This document shows positions 53,725 through 63,179 of a stretch of DNA of 64,000 bases, in pieces. This DNA comes from Anaerolineae bacterium (GTDB taxonomy: Bacteria; Chloroflexota; Anaerolineae; Aggregatilineales; Phototrophicaceae). The stretch covers positions 6,507-70,506 of the forward strand of contig JACSRP010000145.1 in the NCBI GenBank assembly GCA_014879665.1. Reading direction: 5' to 3'. The translations under genes and the position numbers were made by a program. The notes beneath the pieces are model-generated. The model had not been told where the DNA came from. It saw nothing but the letters and a program-made list of their open reading frames with translations, and did not search any database. Every line of letters begins with the position of its first letter. Within the stretch, counting starts at the first letter, position 1.

Positions 53725-54768
53725 TCACCGGCGGTGTCCGATAACCACATCTTCCCGCGTCAAGCGCGCGGTTAACCCGCCCGGAAACTCAGCAGTAGCC
53801 CCGGTTTCGCCCGTATTCAAAAGCTCCACCCCGGCCAGAATGTGCTCATGCCCAATTTCCTCGCTCATGCCTGATGCGCGCGCGGCATGGCGCACAAAAC
53901 GGCGCTGCAAGGCTGGATCGAGCTGCTTGAATCGTTGGCGATTCATTGAGATCTGATCTGTAGATTGCTTAGCGTGGCGTAGTGCCTGATCGTTTAATGC
54001 GGCCTCAATGAATGCATCATCTACCGCGGCGCTCTCTGCCAGTTGTGCCAGCGCACGGGCAGCGCCGGGAAATCGCGTCTCAATTTCGGGCAGCAGCGTT
54101 TGCCGTAAATAATTACGGGTGTAGCTTTCATCGTCGTTGCTGGAGTCGTGGCGCGGCGTAATTCCTTGCGCCGTATTATAGGCTTCGATTTGCTGGCGGG
54201 TGGCGTTGAGTAGTGGCCGGATGACGCGGTACTGCGGTGCGTAGGGCATCGGCGCTTCCATGCCCATACCGGCTAGCCCTGCGATGCCCGTGCCTCGTAG
54301 CAGCCGCATCAGCACCGTTTCCGCTTGATCATTTGCATGATGCGCGGTGGCGATTATGCCCGCGCCAATTGCTTCCGCAGTTTTCGCCAGAAATGTATAA
54401 CGCGCAAAACGGGCGGCTTCTTCAATGCCCATCCTGCGCGATTGCGCCAGCGCCCGCGTGTCCGCATATCCCGTCACACAATGCACATTCCACAATTGGC
54501 ACTGCTCAAGCACATACGCCGCATCGGCAGCGCCTTCAGCCCCGCGCAGTCCGTGATCCAACGTTGCCGCCGTCAATTCGATATCCAGCGTTTTTTGATC
54601 CCGCAGCGCAATTAGACCTTGTGCCAGTGCCATTGAATCTGCGCCGCCAGAGACCGCGACGATGACTTTTGAGCCTTTCGGAAGCAAATTATGGCGGCGA
54701 ACTGCCCTCCGAATTGCTTCTTGAACGTCCATTTCGCCTACGCCTCCCTGACTGCTTTTTTGTTGCAT
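53725..54768 (-). CDS. tilS: tRNA(Ile)-lysidine synthetase
   Basis: It has the PP-loop VAVSGGADSMAL and is 347 aa. An alternative start lies at Met13 (54732). Confidence 0.85.
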   Translation of the reverse strand: MQQKSSQGGVGEMDVQEAIRRAVRRHNLLPKGSKVIVAVSGGADSMALAQGLIALRDQKTLDIELTAATLDHGLRGAEGAADAAYVLEQCQLWNVHCVTGYADTRALAQSRRMGIEEAARFARYTFLAKTAEAIGAGIIATAHHANDQAETVLMRLLRGTGIAGLAGMGMEAPMPYAPQYRVIRPLLNATRQQIEAYNTAQGITPRHDSSNDDESYTRNYLRQTLLPEIETRFPGAARALAQLAESAAVDDAFIEAALNDQALRHAKQSTDQISMNRQRFKQLDPALQRRFVRHAARASGMSEEIGHEHILAGVELLNTGETGATAEFPGGLTARLTREDVVIGHRR

Positions 54769-54777
54769 ACTAGTGCA

Positions 54778-54786
54778 TGCTATAAT
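54778..54786 (+). promoter_or_regulatory. Extended -10 element TGCTATAAT upstream of mreB
   Basis: This TGnTATAAT lies at 54778-54786, ~34 nt upstream of the proposed GTG start, in the tilS-mreB divergent region. Confidence 0.4.
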
Positions 54787-54819
54787 TCGACGCTGTCTAC
54801 TTCCGTTGAGGAAAGTGTT

Positions 54820-55881
54820 GTGCTCAGTCCGCTTGACTATTTTTTTGGACTATTCTCGCTAGACATAGGTATAGACCTCGGGACAGCCAACACGCTTGTG
54901 AGTGTACGCGGCAAAGGCATTGTCATCAACGAGCCGTCTTTTGTCGCGTTGGAAAAGAAAACCCGCCGCCCCATAGAGGTTGGGGCGCGCGCAAAAGAAA
55001 TGTGGAGCAAAAATCCGAAGGATATCCTGATTGTGCGCCCGCTGCGTGATGGCGTAATCAGCGAATTCGACGTGACCGAGGCGATGCTGAATCACCTCAT
55101 CCACAAAGCCCACGAGCAAAGTTGGGTTCCAATTCCGCGTCCGCGTGTCGTGGTTGGCATTCCCAGTGGTGTGACCGAGGTCGAGAAACGCGCCGTTTAC
55201 GACGCCGCTTTAAGCGCCGGCGCGCGCGAAGTCTATCTTATTGAAGAGCCTGTTGCCGCGGCTATTGGCGCGGGGCTGCCCGTTCAGGAAACGCGCGGCA
55301 GCATGATCATTGATATTGGCGGCGGCACGACCGAGGTCGCCATCTTCTCGCTGGGCGGGATTGTCATCAGCCGCTCGATTCGCGTCGCTGGTGACGAAAT
55401 GGACGAAGATATCGTCCAATATATGCGTACTAAACATAATCTGCTGATTGGTGAACCAACTGCGGAACGCATCAAGATCGAGATCGGATCAGCGTACCCG
55501 CTGCCTCAGGAACGGATTATGCAGGTCAAGGGGCGCAATCTTGTCACCGGCCTGCCGAATACCGTCGAAGTCAGTTCTATCGAAATCCGCGAAGCCATCA
55601 GTGGCTCCGTGAATATCATCATTGATACCGTCAAAGATGCGCTAGACGCGACTCCGCCGGAATTAGTCGGTGATCTCATGGAAAGCGGCATCTGTCTGGC
55701 TGGCGGCGGCGGCCAACTTAAAGGTCTTGAAGATCGGCTGGCCGAAGAGGCTAATATCCGCACATGGGTGGCCGATGATGCCATGACCTGTGTGGCCCGC
55801 GGGGCAGGGCGCGTGCTGGAAGACTATAATAATCTGCGCCGCCTGCTTGTTGGCTTAGAACGCGGCAGCACCCGTCATTAA
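54820..55881 (+). CDS. mreB: Rod-shape-determining actin homologue MreB
   Basis: It has DIGIDLGTANTLV and IDIGGGTTEVA phosphate motifs. GTG at 54820 follows GAGGAAAG. The longer ORF from 54691 overlaps tilS and is rejected. Confidence 0.9.
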   Translation: MLSPLDYFFGLFSLDIGIDLGTANTLVSVRGKGIVINEPSFVALEKKTRRPIEVGARAKEMWSKNPKDILIVRPLRDGVISEFDVTEAMLNHLIHKAHEQSWVPIPRPRVVVGIPSGVTEVEKRAVYDAALSAGAREVYLIEEPVAAAIGAGLPVQETRGSMIIDIGGGTTEVAIFSLGGIVISRSIRVAGDEMDEDIVQYMRTKHNLLIGEPTAERIKIEIGSAYPLPQERIMQVKGRNLVTGLPNTVEVSSIEIREAISGSVNIIIDTVKDALDATPPELVGDLMESGICLAGGGGQLKGLEDRLAEEANIRTWVADDAMTCVARGAGRVLEDYNNLRRLLVGLERGSTRH

Positions 55882-55913
55882 TCCAACCTGAGTTTTGGGT
55901 AGTTAGCCCCCTA

Positions 55914-55949
55914 GACCCTCACCCCGAACGTTAGATCGGGGTGAGGGTC
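55914..55949. repeat. REP-like GC-rich palindrome, copy B
   Basis: A perfect 14-bp stem (gaccctcaccccga / tcggggtgagggtc) has an 8-nt loop and no U-tract. It lies 33 nt after the mreB stop and shares its core with 35374..35413. Confidence 0.6.
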
Positions 55950-56010
55950 TCCCGGATCGCAAGAAATCTGACCATAAAGTTCACAGCGAATAAGTAAATT
56001 TGACTTCTTC

Positions 56011-56031
56011 CTCTATGTCTCGGTGGTTCAA
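56011..56031 (+). repeat. 21-nt motif CTCTATGTCTCGGTGGTTCAA (copy 2 of 2)
   Basis: It matches 44614..44634 at 17 of 21 positions. It lies 47 nt upstream of the mreC ATG. Confidence 0.3.
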
Positions 56032-56051
56032 AGCCCTTTCTCTGCGCCCTC

Positions 56052-56060
56052 TGTTATAAT
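56052..56060 (+). promoter_or_regulatory. Extended -10 element TGTTATAAT upstream of mreC
   Basis: This TGnTATAAT lies at 56052-56060, 18 nt before the ATG at 56078 (RBS GGAGGA at 56070-75). Confidence 0.4.
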
Positions 56061-56077
56061 GACCCATCGGAGGATTC

Positions 56078-56932
56078 ATGAATCAAGGCTCCCGGCGCGG
56101 GCTGCGCTCAAACAAAGCCATTTATTTCACAGTGCTGCTGGTGCTCGCTGTCGCCTTGATCGGCGCTAGTCAAAGTGGGCTGCTTTCTCCCATTGAAAGC
56201 GTCATTTCTATTCCGCTAAATGCGGTATCGCAGGTGTTTAATACGCTGGCGATGCGCCTCAGTGGCGGCGCTGTCGATCTGGCTGAAATCCAATCGTTAC
56301 AGGAACGCAACGCTGAGCTTGAATCGGCGCTGGCACGTTTGCAAGCCGAAGTCGTTGAACTCCGCGAAGTCAGCAGCGACTATCAGCGCCTTGCCGATCT
56401 TGTGGATTACACTAGCGCGGCACGCGCGCAGCAGTTCGTATCTGCCGATGTCATCGCTTCTGAAGAAACCCCGCTGCGTACTGTCACCATCAATCGCGGC
56501 ACCCGCGACGGCTTGCAAATGGGCATGCCCGTAGTCACCGCGCAAGGGTTGGTCGGGCGCATCATCGAAGTGCAGTCCAACGCCGCGCGGGTGCTGCTGG
56601 TGACCGATCCCTCCAGTGCCATCAGCGCTCGCCTGCAAACCACCCGCGCTGAAGGTACAGTCGCCGGTCTGGTTTCCGGCAATCTGGAAATGTCCTTCAT
56701 CCCGCTGGGCGAAACCATTCCCAATGGCGATCTCGTGATCACTTCCGGGTTAGGTGGTAATTTGCCGCCCGATCTGGTCATCGGGCAGGTCACCAGCAGT
56801 CGTCAGGGTCTGGACTTGTATCAAATCGCGCAGGTACGCAGCCTGATTGACTTCGATGAACTGGAAATCGTGCTGGTCATGACCAATTTCCAGCCCGTTG
56901 ATCTGTCCGAATTTGCCCGCCCCGGCAGCTGA
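56078..56932 (+). CDS. mreC: Rod-shape-determining protein MreC
   Basis: It has an N-terminal TM, a coiled coil (LQERNAELESALARLQAEVVELRE) and beta-barrel repeats (GMPVVTAQGLVGRIIEV). It sits after mreB. Confidence 0.85.
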   Translation: MNQGSRRGLRSNKAIYFTVLLVLAVALIGASQSGLLSPIESVISIPLNAVSQVFNTLAMRLSGGAVDLAEIQSLQERNAELESALARLQAEVVELREVSSDYQRLADLVDYTSAARAQQFVSADVIASEETPLRTVTINRGTRDGLQMGMPVVTAQGLVGRIIEVQSNAARVLLVTDPSSAISARLQTTRAEGTVAGLVSGNLEMSFIPLGETIPNGDLVITSGLGGNLPPDLVIGQVTSSRQGLDLYQIAQVRSLIDFDELEIVLVMTNFQPVDLSEFARPGS

Positions 56933-56947
56933 AACTAATCTTTAACG

Positions 56948-57439
56948 ATGGGAAACTGGTTCGGTCTGCCGCTGCTAGTGTTGGCAGCAATCATTCAGGT
57001 CACGTTTGTGCCACAAATGCGACTGCTTGGCGGCGAGCCGAATTTCGTCATGCTGCTGGTGATCTCGTATGCCGTTCGCGCGCGCCTTGAGGAATCAGTG
57101 GTCTGGGCTTTCATCGGCGGCATCCTGCTCGATCTGATGACCTCGCTGCCCACCGGAGCTTCGGTCTTAAGCCTTTTGTTGATCGTGATCCTCATTGATC
57201 AAATCCGTTTGCAGCTGGCGGGCGTAGGTTTTCTGGCGATTATCGGGCTAATGATCGCCGGAACCCTGACGATGCAGTTCGTTGCCCTCGCATTAACCAT
57301 CTTAAGCGGTTATAACGTACGCTTGTTTGAAACGCTGTCGTATGTTGTGCTGCCTTCGATAGCCTATAACCTCGTCATCATCTGGCCGGTCTATTGGTTC
57401 GTGCGGCGTTTCTGCCGTCCGCCCGTGCCAGTTCTATAG
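56948..57439 (+). CDS. mreD: Rod-shape-determining protein MreD
   Basis: This 163-aa protein has five hydrophobic helices and lies directly after mreC. Confidence 0.75.
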   Translation: MGNWFGLPLLVLAAIIQVTFVPQMRLLGGEPNFVMLLVISYAVRARLEESVVWAFIGGILLDLMTSLPTGASVLSLLLIVILIDQIRLQLAGVGFLAIIGLMIAGTLTMQFVALALTILSGYNVRLFETLSYVVLPSIAYNLVIIWPVYWFVRRFCRPPVPVL

Positions 57440-57475
57440 AATTACGATTGCTCGTTTCATCGAGCGTGGAGAGTT

Positions 57476-59866
57476 ATGCAGCGTTACCTTCCATTTCAGG
57501 GCTGGCGGTTGACCTTCTTACAGGGGATCATCTTTGCCGTTTTCCTGATCTTTGGCGTGCGTATGTTTCAGCTTCAGGTGGTGGAATATCCCACCTATCA
57601 GGCCGCCGCCAACGAAAACCGCCTCAGCGAACTGCCGCTGGCTTCATCTCGTGGCGTGCTTAGTGATAGGTTTGGTCGCGCCATTGCCCTGAATGTGCCA
57701 GCTTTCAACGTCACCGTCATTCCTGCCGCCCTTCCGGATGGTCAGGATGATGTGCTGCGAATTTACAACCGTTTGTCTGCTTTGACTGGCGTGCCGCCCA
57801 CGCGCAGCATCGCCAATGCTAGCGGCAGCCAGGTTCGCAGTATTGAAGAAATGGTAGATGAGGGCGAAGGTATCGCGCCGTATCGCCCGGTCGTCATCGC
57901 TCAGGACGTGCCGCAGCAGGCCGCCATGCAAATTATGGAAGAAAGAATCTCATTGCCCGGCGTAGATGTTGATGTCGCTTCTGTGCGCCAGTATCCCACC
58001 GGCGAATTAACCTCAAGCCTTGTCGGTTACATGGGGCCAATTCCGCCTGAACAACAGTTGGCTTTGATGGAATTAGGCTACGACCCGGCCTATGACCGTG
58101 TTGGCTATTCCGGTCTGGAGCTTTCGCTGGAGTCGGCTCTCTCCGGCCAGCGCGGGCGCGTGGTGCGTGAAGTAGACGTGGCCGGTCAGGTGCTTCAGGA
58201 ACTTGAACAGATAGACCCTGTGGCCGGTTTAAATGTGCAATTGACAATTGATACCGAATTGCAGGCCGCCTCTGAAGAGGCGCTTCGCAACCGCATTAAC
58301 CAGTTAAATGCCGATGAAGGCCGTATCGTCAGCGAAACCGGCGTCGTCATCGCCATGGATCCCCGTACCGGCGAAATCCTCTCGCTGGTCAGTTATCCGT
58401 CTTATGATAATTCGCGTTTCGCCCGTAACATTGACGTTGATTATTACCTTGATGTGGCCGCTAACCCGCTGCTCCCGCTGGTCAACCATGCCACGCAGTC
58501 CCTATATCCGCCCGGTTCCATCTGGAAAATTCTCACCGCCATTGGCGTGCTTCAGGAAGATGTCATTGATCCCTATTCGTTACTGTTTGATCCCGGCGAT
58601 CTGATCCTGCCTAACCGCTATGCGCCCAACGACTCAACGCTCGGACAGCGTTTTGTCTGCTGGTTAGATGAGGGGCATGGCAATCTGGATATGCGCGGCG
58701 CGCTTGCCCAGAGTTGTGACGTTTATTTTTATCAGGTGGGCGGCGGTAATCCCGAAGTGTCGTCGCAGGTGCTGCGTCCCAACGGGCTGGGTATCACCGA
58801 CCTTTTCCGATATGCCACCGCGTTTGGCATCGGCTCGTCGCAGGGTATTGAGCTGCCCTTTGAGAATCGCGGCTTCATGCCGCAGCCAGACTGGAAACGG
58901 CGCACGCAGGGTGAAAACTGGTCTACTGGTGACACCTATAACGCCGCCTTTGGTCAGGGCTATGTGAACGTGACCCCGCTGCAGCTGCTCAATTCTACGG
59001 CAGCTATCGCTAATGGCGGCACGCTCTTTCAGCCGACAGTCATTCGTGAATTTACCGATGAAGATGGTAATGTGGTTACGCCCTTTGAGCCGGAAATTTT
59101 GCGAACGCTCAATCTGGACGAGATCGAGGCCGGCCAGCCTATCCGCCTGCTGATGACTGAAGACATGATGATGTACGGGCAAAGCAGCCTCGCCTGTACC
59201 TGTGAACAAACCAGCCAATGGTATAATCCTGCGCGCTGTAACCCCGAAACCTATACCAATCAGGTCAATATCAACCCTGATGATCTGGGTGTGCCGGATA
59301 TGCGCCCGTATACTGTGGCCGTACCCGCGACCTATAATTTCACCGATCGTTACTGTAGTTCGCTGATGTTTAACCCCAACTATCAGCCGCCGTTCATTCG
59401 CACCGAGCATTTTCAGACGGTGGAAGATGGGATGCGCCTGACCGTCACCAACGGTACCGGGCAGGCTGCGAACTTGCCTTATGTAACCGTAGCCGGAAAG
59501 ACCGGCACCGCCGAATACTGCGATGAGATCGCCCGGCCTTTAGGCTTATGTCGCCCCGGCAACTGGCCTGCGCATGCGTGGTTTACGGCCTATGCGCCCT
59601 ATGAAGACCCCGAAATTATCGTCATCGCCTTTGTCTATAATGGCGGTGAAGGTTCGGCGGTTGCCCTGCCAATAGTCGTGCAAACCATAGAAGCCTATTT
59701 CCGCCTGCAAAACGAACGCAATCAGGGCGCGCCGCCGCAGCCAGCGGCGAACCCCACCATGACGCCCGCCGTTCAGCCGTTAGATGCGAATGTCCCACTG
59801 GTGCCAACTCTTGAGTCTGCCGCGCCTTCAGGTGCCGTGAATCCTGCTCCCGCCGGTGGCGCATAA
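57476..59866 (+). CDS. mrdA: Penicillin-binding protein 2 (elongasome transpeptidase), with insertions
   Basis: It has an N-terminal TM, SxxK (GSIWK), an SxN-position motif (QSCD) and KTG (AGKTGTAE). At 796 aa it exceeds the typical 600-650 aa. Confidence 0.85.
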   Translation: MQRYLPFQGWRLTFLQGIIFAVFLIFGVRMFQLQVVEYPTYQAAANENRLSELPLASSRGVLSDRFGRAIALNVPAFNVTVIPAALPDGQDDVLRIYNRLSALTGVPPTRSIANASGSQVRSIEEMVDEGEGIAPYRPVVIAQDVPQQAAMQIMEERISLPGVDVDVASVRQYPTGELTSSLVGYMGPIPPEQQLALMELGYDPAYDRVGYSGLELSLESALSGQRGRVVREVDVAGQVLQELEQIDPVAGLNVQLTIDTELQAASEEALRNRINQLNADEGRIVSETGVVIAMDPRTGEILSLVSYPSYDNSRFARNIDVDYYLDVAANPLLPLVNHATQSLYPPGSIWKILTAIGVLQEDVIDPYSLLFDPGDLILPNRYAPNDSTLGQRFVCWLDEGHGNLDMRGALAQSCDVYFYQVGGGNPEVSSQVLRPNGLGITDLFRYATAFGIGSSQGIELPFENRGFMPQPDWKRRTQGENWSTGDTYNAAFGQGYVNVTPLQLLNSTAAIANGGTLFQPTVIREFTDEDGNVVTPFEPEILRTLNLDEIEAGQPIRLLMTEDMMMYGQSSLACTCEQTSQWYNPARCNPETYTNQVNINPDDLGVPDMRPYTVAVPATYNFTDRYCSSLMFNPNYQPPFIRTEHFQTVEDGMRLTVTNGTGQAANLPYVTVAGKTGTAEYCDEIARPLGLCRPGNWPAHAWFTAYAPYEDPEIIVIAFVYNGGEGSAVALPIVVQTIEAYFRLQNERNQGAPPQPAANPTMTPAVQPLDANVPLVPTLESAAPSGAVNPAPAGGA

Positions 59867-59872
59867 TAACCT

Positions 59873-61030
59873 ATGGCCATCTTTTCGCTTCCGCAGCAGT
59901 ATAAGCAGCAGTCAACCTATTGGATTCCGCCGCTGGCTGCTGGCGCTGCTGCGTGGACGGCGTTTATGGTCATCGGGCAAACGCCACTGATTCGCGCTTC
60001 CGGGCTGGCCTTGGTGATTGTTGGCATGGCCCTGGCGCTGCGACCCTTTGGCGCGGTGTTCGCCGTGATCGGAGCCATAGCGCTGGCTTTTTCGCCTGCA
60101 TTCTGGGCACAAACCGGCGGCGTTGAACTGCTCAATCCGCCAGAGGTGATTGCCGCCCTGATCGCCGCTTTAATTGGCGCTGCCGCTCTGCTTATCTGGC
60201 GGCGGAAAGCGTTGTGGGGCATCGGCATCGGCGTCCTGATTTTCGGGGCGCTGTTTTTATTATTCGTCGGTACGCCGCGCAGCCTCCGCTTGACCACGCT
60301 GCTCTCAGCATGGCTTCTCTATTTGATGATTGATGGCCTACTTGCCGCTAATCCCCGCCCCGATTCGCCGCCAACAGGGCAGCTTGGCCCGCAGCACACG
60401 TGGGGCATCCTCATCATCGTCACGCTTGGCGTGCTCAACGATCCCCTGTTCGCCATGATGTGTCCCGCCATCATCCTTGGCCTGTTTCTCACCAGCAAGC
60501 GTATGCCCCTGATCTACTGGATATTGCTCGCCGGAATCACCCTTTGGGGGCTGCGCGGTATTGTCACGCTCTATGCTGATTCAGCATGGTGGGGCATGAA
60601 TGTCAACCTTGCCGAAACCAACGGCATACAGGTTCCATTCCTGATCTCGGCGGGCTGGCGTGAGCCTTCTCGATGGGTTTATCTGATTGAACTGCTGGTC
60701 TATCAATTTATGGCGGTAGGGCTGGCTTTAGCCGTGATCGGCCTTGCGCGGCTCTCTCGCTGGTATCCACCCGTCGGCGTCGTGACCATGATCGCCTATG
60801 CCACTTACGCGCTCTTTGGCCTCGCCTATTTCGGCGCTGATGCTTCAGTTTTGCTCATGCCCATGCTTATGATTCAAGTGGTCTGGATGACTTATGCCGT
60901 CTACGCCCTCAATCAATGGATCATGCGATCTTCACTCTCCAGAGCGCCTCTGCTCCGCTGGCTAGTTCCAGCGGCATTTATTCTGCTCCCATTAGCCCTT
61001 CTCACCCGCATCCCCGGCGTCCTCCCCTAA
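59873..61030 (+). CDS. Polytopic membrane protein, unknown function (about 10-11 TM helices)
   Basis: This 385-aa protein is almost entirely hydrophobic helices. It starts 6 nt after the PBP2 stop. No catalytic motif I recognise. Confidence 0.65.
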   Translation: MAIFSLPQQYKQQSTYWIPPLAAGAAAWTAFMVIGQTPLIRASGLALVIVGMALALRPFGAVFAVIGAIALAFSPAFWAQTGGVELLNPPEVIAALIAALIGAAALLIWRRKALWGIGIGVLIFGALFLLFVGTPRSLRLTTLLSAWLLYLMIDGLLAANPRPDSPPTGQLGPQHTWGILIIVTLGVLNDPLFAMMCPAIILGLFLTSKRMPLIYWILLAGITLWGLRGIVTLYADSAWWGMNVNLAETNGIQVPFLISAGWREPSRWVYLIELLVYQFMAVGLALAVIGLARLSRWYPPVGVVTMIAYATYALFGLAYFGADASVLLMPMLMIQVVWMTYAVYALNQWIMRSSLSRAPLLRWLVPAAFILLPLALLTRIPGVLP

Positions 61031-61191
61031 TCCCTTCCTTTAACTTTCTTAATCTTTAACTCCATTTTTCCACCACTCATCCCTTTTCTTTTCACTCCCG
61101 AACTTTCTTTGCCTAGCGTTTATATTAAGTTGTTGGGTATAGTTAAGGTGCATACTTGTCACCTACCTCATTCCTGTTTTGAGTGCTTTTC

Positions 61192-61887
61192 ATGCCAGAT
61201 TCAACCGTTGCTATCAAAGGCGTCAATGACGGGTTACTCATCACCCTCGATCCTGTCGAGGAGTGGGGGTTGGTGACTGCTGAACTTGCTACCCATATTG
61301 ACGAAAAAGGCGCGTTCTTCAATGGTGCGGAAGTCACGCTTGAAGTGGGTACGCGCCCCGTTCGTAAGGACGAACTCACTTCCGTCAAGGCGCTGCTGGA
61401 ACGGCGGGGTATGACTTTATTCGCAGTTTCCAGCGATAGCGATACTACGTTAGAATCAGCCATTGCGCTTGATCTACGGGTTCGCGCCAATAGTTCGCCG
61501 CCGTCCGGCGCCGCCTACGAGCCGGATGCGCTGTTGTCATTCAATTCTGAAGAAGATGGCCTTGCTGGCGTAATGATCCGCCGCACCATGCGTTCGGGGC
61601 GCAGTGTTCGTAGTCAGGGGCACGTGGTCATTTATGGTGATGTCAATGCCGGCGCTGAAATACTGGCGGCCGGCGATGTCATCGTCTGGGGCAAGCTGCG
61701 CGGCAACGTCTATGCTGGTGCTGATGGTGATGAAACTGCTGTCGTCTGCGCGCTGGATATGCAGCCAACCCAGCTGCGGATAGCAGGTTATATCGCGATT
61801 TCACCGCCCGAGAAACGGCGGAAACCAAAACCGGAAGTCGCCCTGATCCGTAATGATCGAATTGTCGTAGAAGACTGGGACGGCTAG
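61192..61887 (+). CDS. minC: Septum site-determining protein MinC
   Basis: It has the C-terminal beta-helix motif RSGRSVRSQGHVVIYGDVNAGAEILAAGDVIVWGKLRGNVYAG. The start is ATG 61192 or GTG 61183. Confidence 0.85.
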   Translation: MPDSTVAIKGVNDGLLITLDPVEEWGLVTAELATHIDEKGAFFNGAEVTLEVGTRPVRKDELTSVKALLERRGMTLFAVSSDSDTTLESAIALDLRVRANSSPPSGAAYEPDALLSFNSEEDGLAGVMIRRTMRSGRSVRSQGHVVIYGDVNAGAEILAAGDVIVWGKLRGNVYAGADGDETAVVCALDMQPTQLRIAGYIAISPPEKRRKPKPEVALIRNDRIVVEDWDG

Positions 61888-61913
61888 CCGCACAGGAAAG
61901 GAATTTAACATCT

Positions 61914-62771
61914 ATGGGGGCTAACGGAGGGGCAGCGGCAAAACCGCAGCCACCGAGAAAATCTGCAACCGGCGCCAAGGTTATCACCGTAACTTCGGGC
62001 AAGGGTGGCGTCGGCAAAACCACCACCACCGCGAACATCGGCGTGGCGCTGGCGCGGCTGGATCAGCGCGTCGTCCTCATTGACGCCGATCTTGGTTTGC
62101 GCAATCTCGATATCATCATGGGGCTGGAAAACCGCATCGTCTACGATCTAGTAGACGTTGTCGAAGGGCGCTGTAAGCTCCGTCAGGCCATGATCAAGCA
62201 CAAGCAGCTTCCGGAATTGTATTTGATACCAGCGGCGCAAACCCGCGATAAAACTGCGGTTAGCCCGGCAGATATGATCAAAATGGCTGACCAGATGCGT
62301 CCGGAATTTGATTTCATTCTGATTGACTGTCCGGCAGGTATTGAACGCGGCTTCCGTAATGCCGTTGCCCCTGCCGATGAAGTCCTGATCGTTACTAACC
62401 CTGAAGTTTCTGCCGTGCGCGATGCGGATCGCATCATCGGCCTCTTAGAAGCAGAAGGCAAAAAGACGCCGCATCTAATTTTGAATCGCGTCAAAACCGA
62501 GATGATTCGCAAAGGCGAAATGCTTTCGCCTGAAGATGTGACTGATATTCTTGCCATCAAGCTAATCGGCATTGTGCCTGAAGATGAGAACGTCGTTTCA
62601 TCCTCGAATAGTGGGATGCCGCTTGCTTTCTTAGATGGTTCGCGCGCAGGCACCGCATATCGGAATATCGCCCGCCGTTTGATGGGCGAGAATGTTCCCT
62701 TCATGCAGTTAGACGATAACAGCGGGTTCTTGAAACGCATACAGCGCTTATTTGGCGGCCAAACTGGATAA
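61914..62771 (+). CDS. minD: Septum site-determining ATPase MinD
   Basis: It has the deviant Walker A SGKGGVGKTT and a C-terminal amphipathic helix FLKRIQRLFGG. AGGAAAGGA lies upstream of the only available start codon. Confidence 0.9.
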   Translation: MGANGGAAAKPQPPRKSATGAKVITVTSGKGGVGKTTTTANIGVALARLDQRVVLIDADLGLRNLDIIMGLENRIVYDLVDVVEGRCKLRQAMIKHKQLPELYLIPAAQTRDKTAVSPADMIKMADQMRPEFDFILIDCPAGIERGFRNAVAPADEVLIVTNPEVSAVRDADRIIGLLEAEGKKTPHLILNRVKTEMIRKGEMLSPEDVTDILAIKLIGIVPEDENVVSSSNSGMPLAFLDGSRAGTAYRNIARRLMGENVPFMQLDDNSGFLKRIQRLFGGQTG

Positions 62772-62787
62772 ATGGGGGGCGAGGGGG

Positions 62788-63123
62788 ATGCCAGGCTTAT
62801 TTGATCGTATGTTTGGCCGTGCGCCGAAAACGGGGTCCGGTTCTAAAGCCAAAGAACGGCTTCAATTTATTCTGATCCACGACCGTATTAATTTGCCGCC
62901 AGAGCGCCTTGAGGCGATGAAGGCAGAAATTCTACAGGTCATCTCTAAGTACGTCTCTGTAGATAGCAACAATGTTGATATTGCGCTGCAAAACCGCGAG
63001 CGTACGCCGGCAATTGTGGCGGATATTCCGTTTAACAAAATGATCGAGCACGATGATCCGGATGAGGATGACCCGAAACCTCCGAAATCCCCTCAGAAAG
63101 ACGCCGAAAAGAAGCCAGAATAG
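62788..63123 (+). CDS. minE: Cell division topological specificity factor MinE
   Basis: ATG at 62788 follows GAGGGGG. The KERLQFILIHDR motif aligns with E. coli KERLQIIVAERR. There is a charged C-terminal tail. Confidence 0.85.
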   Translation: MPGLFDRMFGRAPKTGSGSKAKERLQFILIHDRINLPPERLEAMKAEILQVISKYVSVDSNNVDIALQNRERTPAIVADIPFNKMIEHDDPDEDDPKPPKSPQKDAEKKPE

Positions 63124-63179
63124 AGAAGGCCAACGAACTTCTGTATAATGTGCCGGGATTGTGGAATCGATAACCCTGC

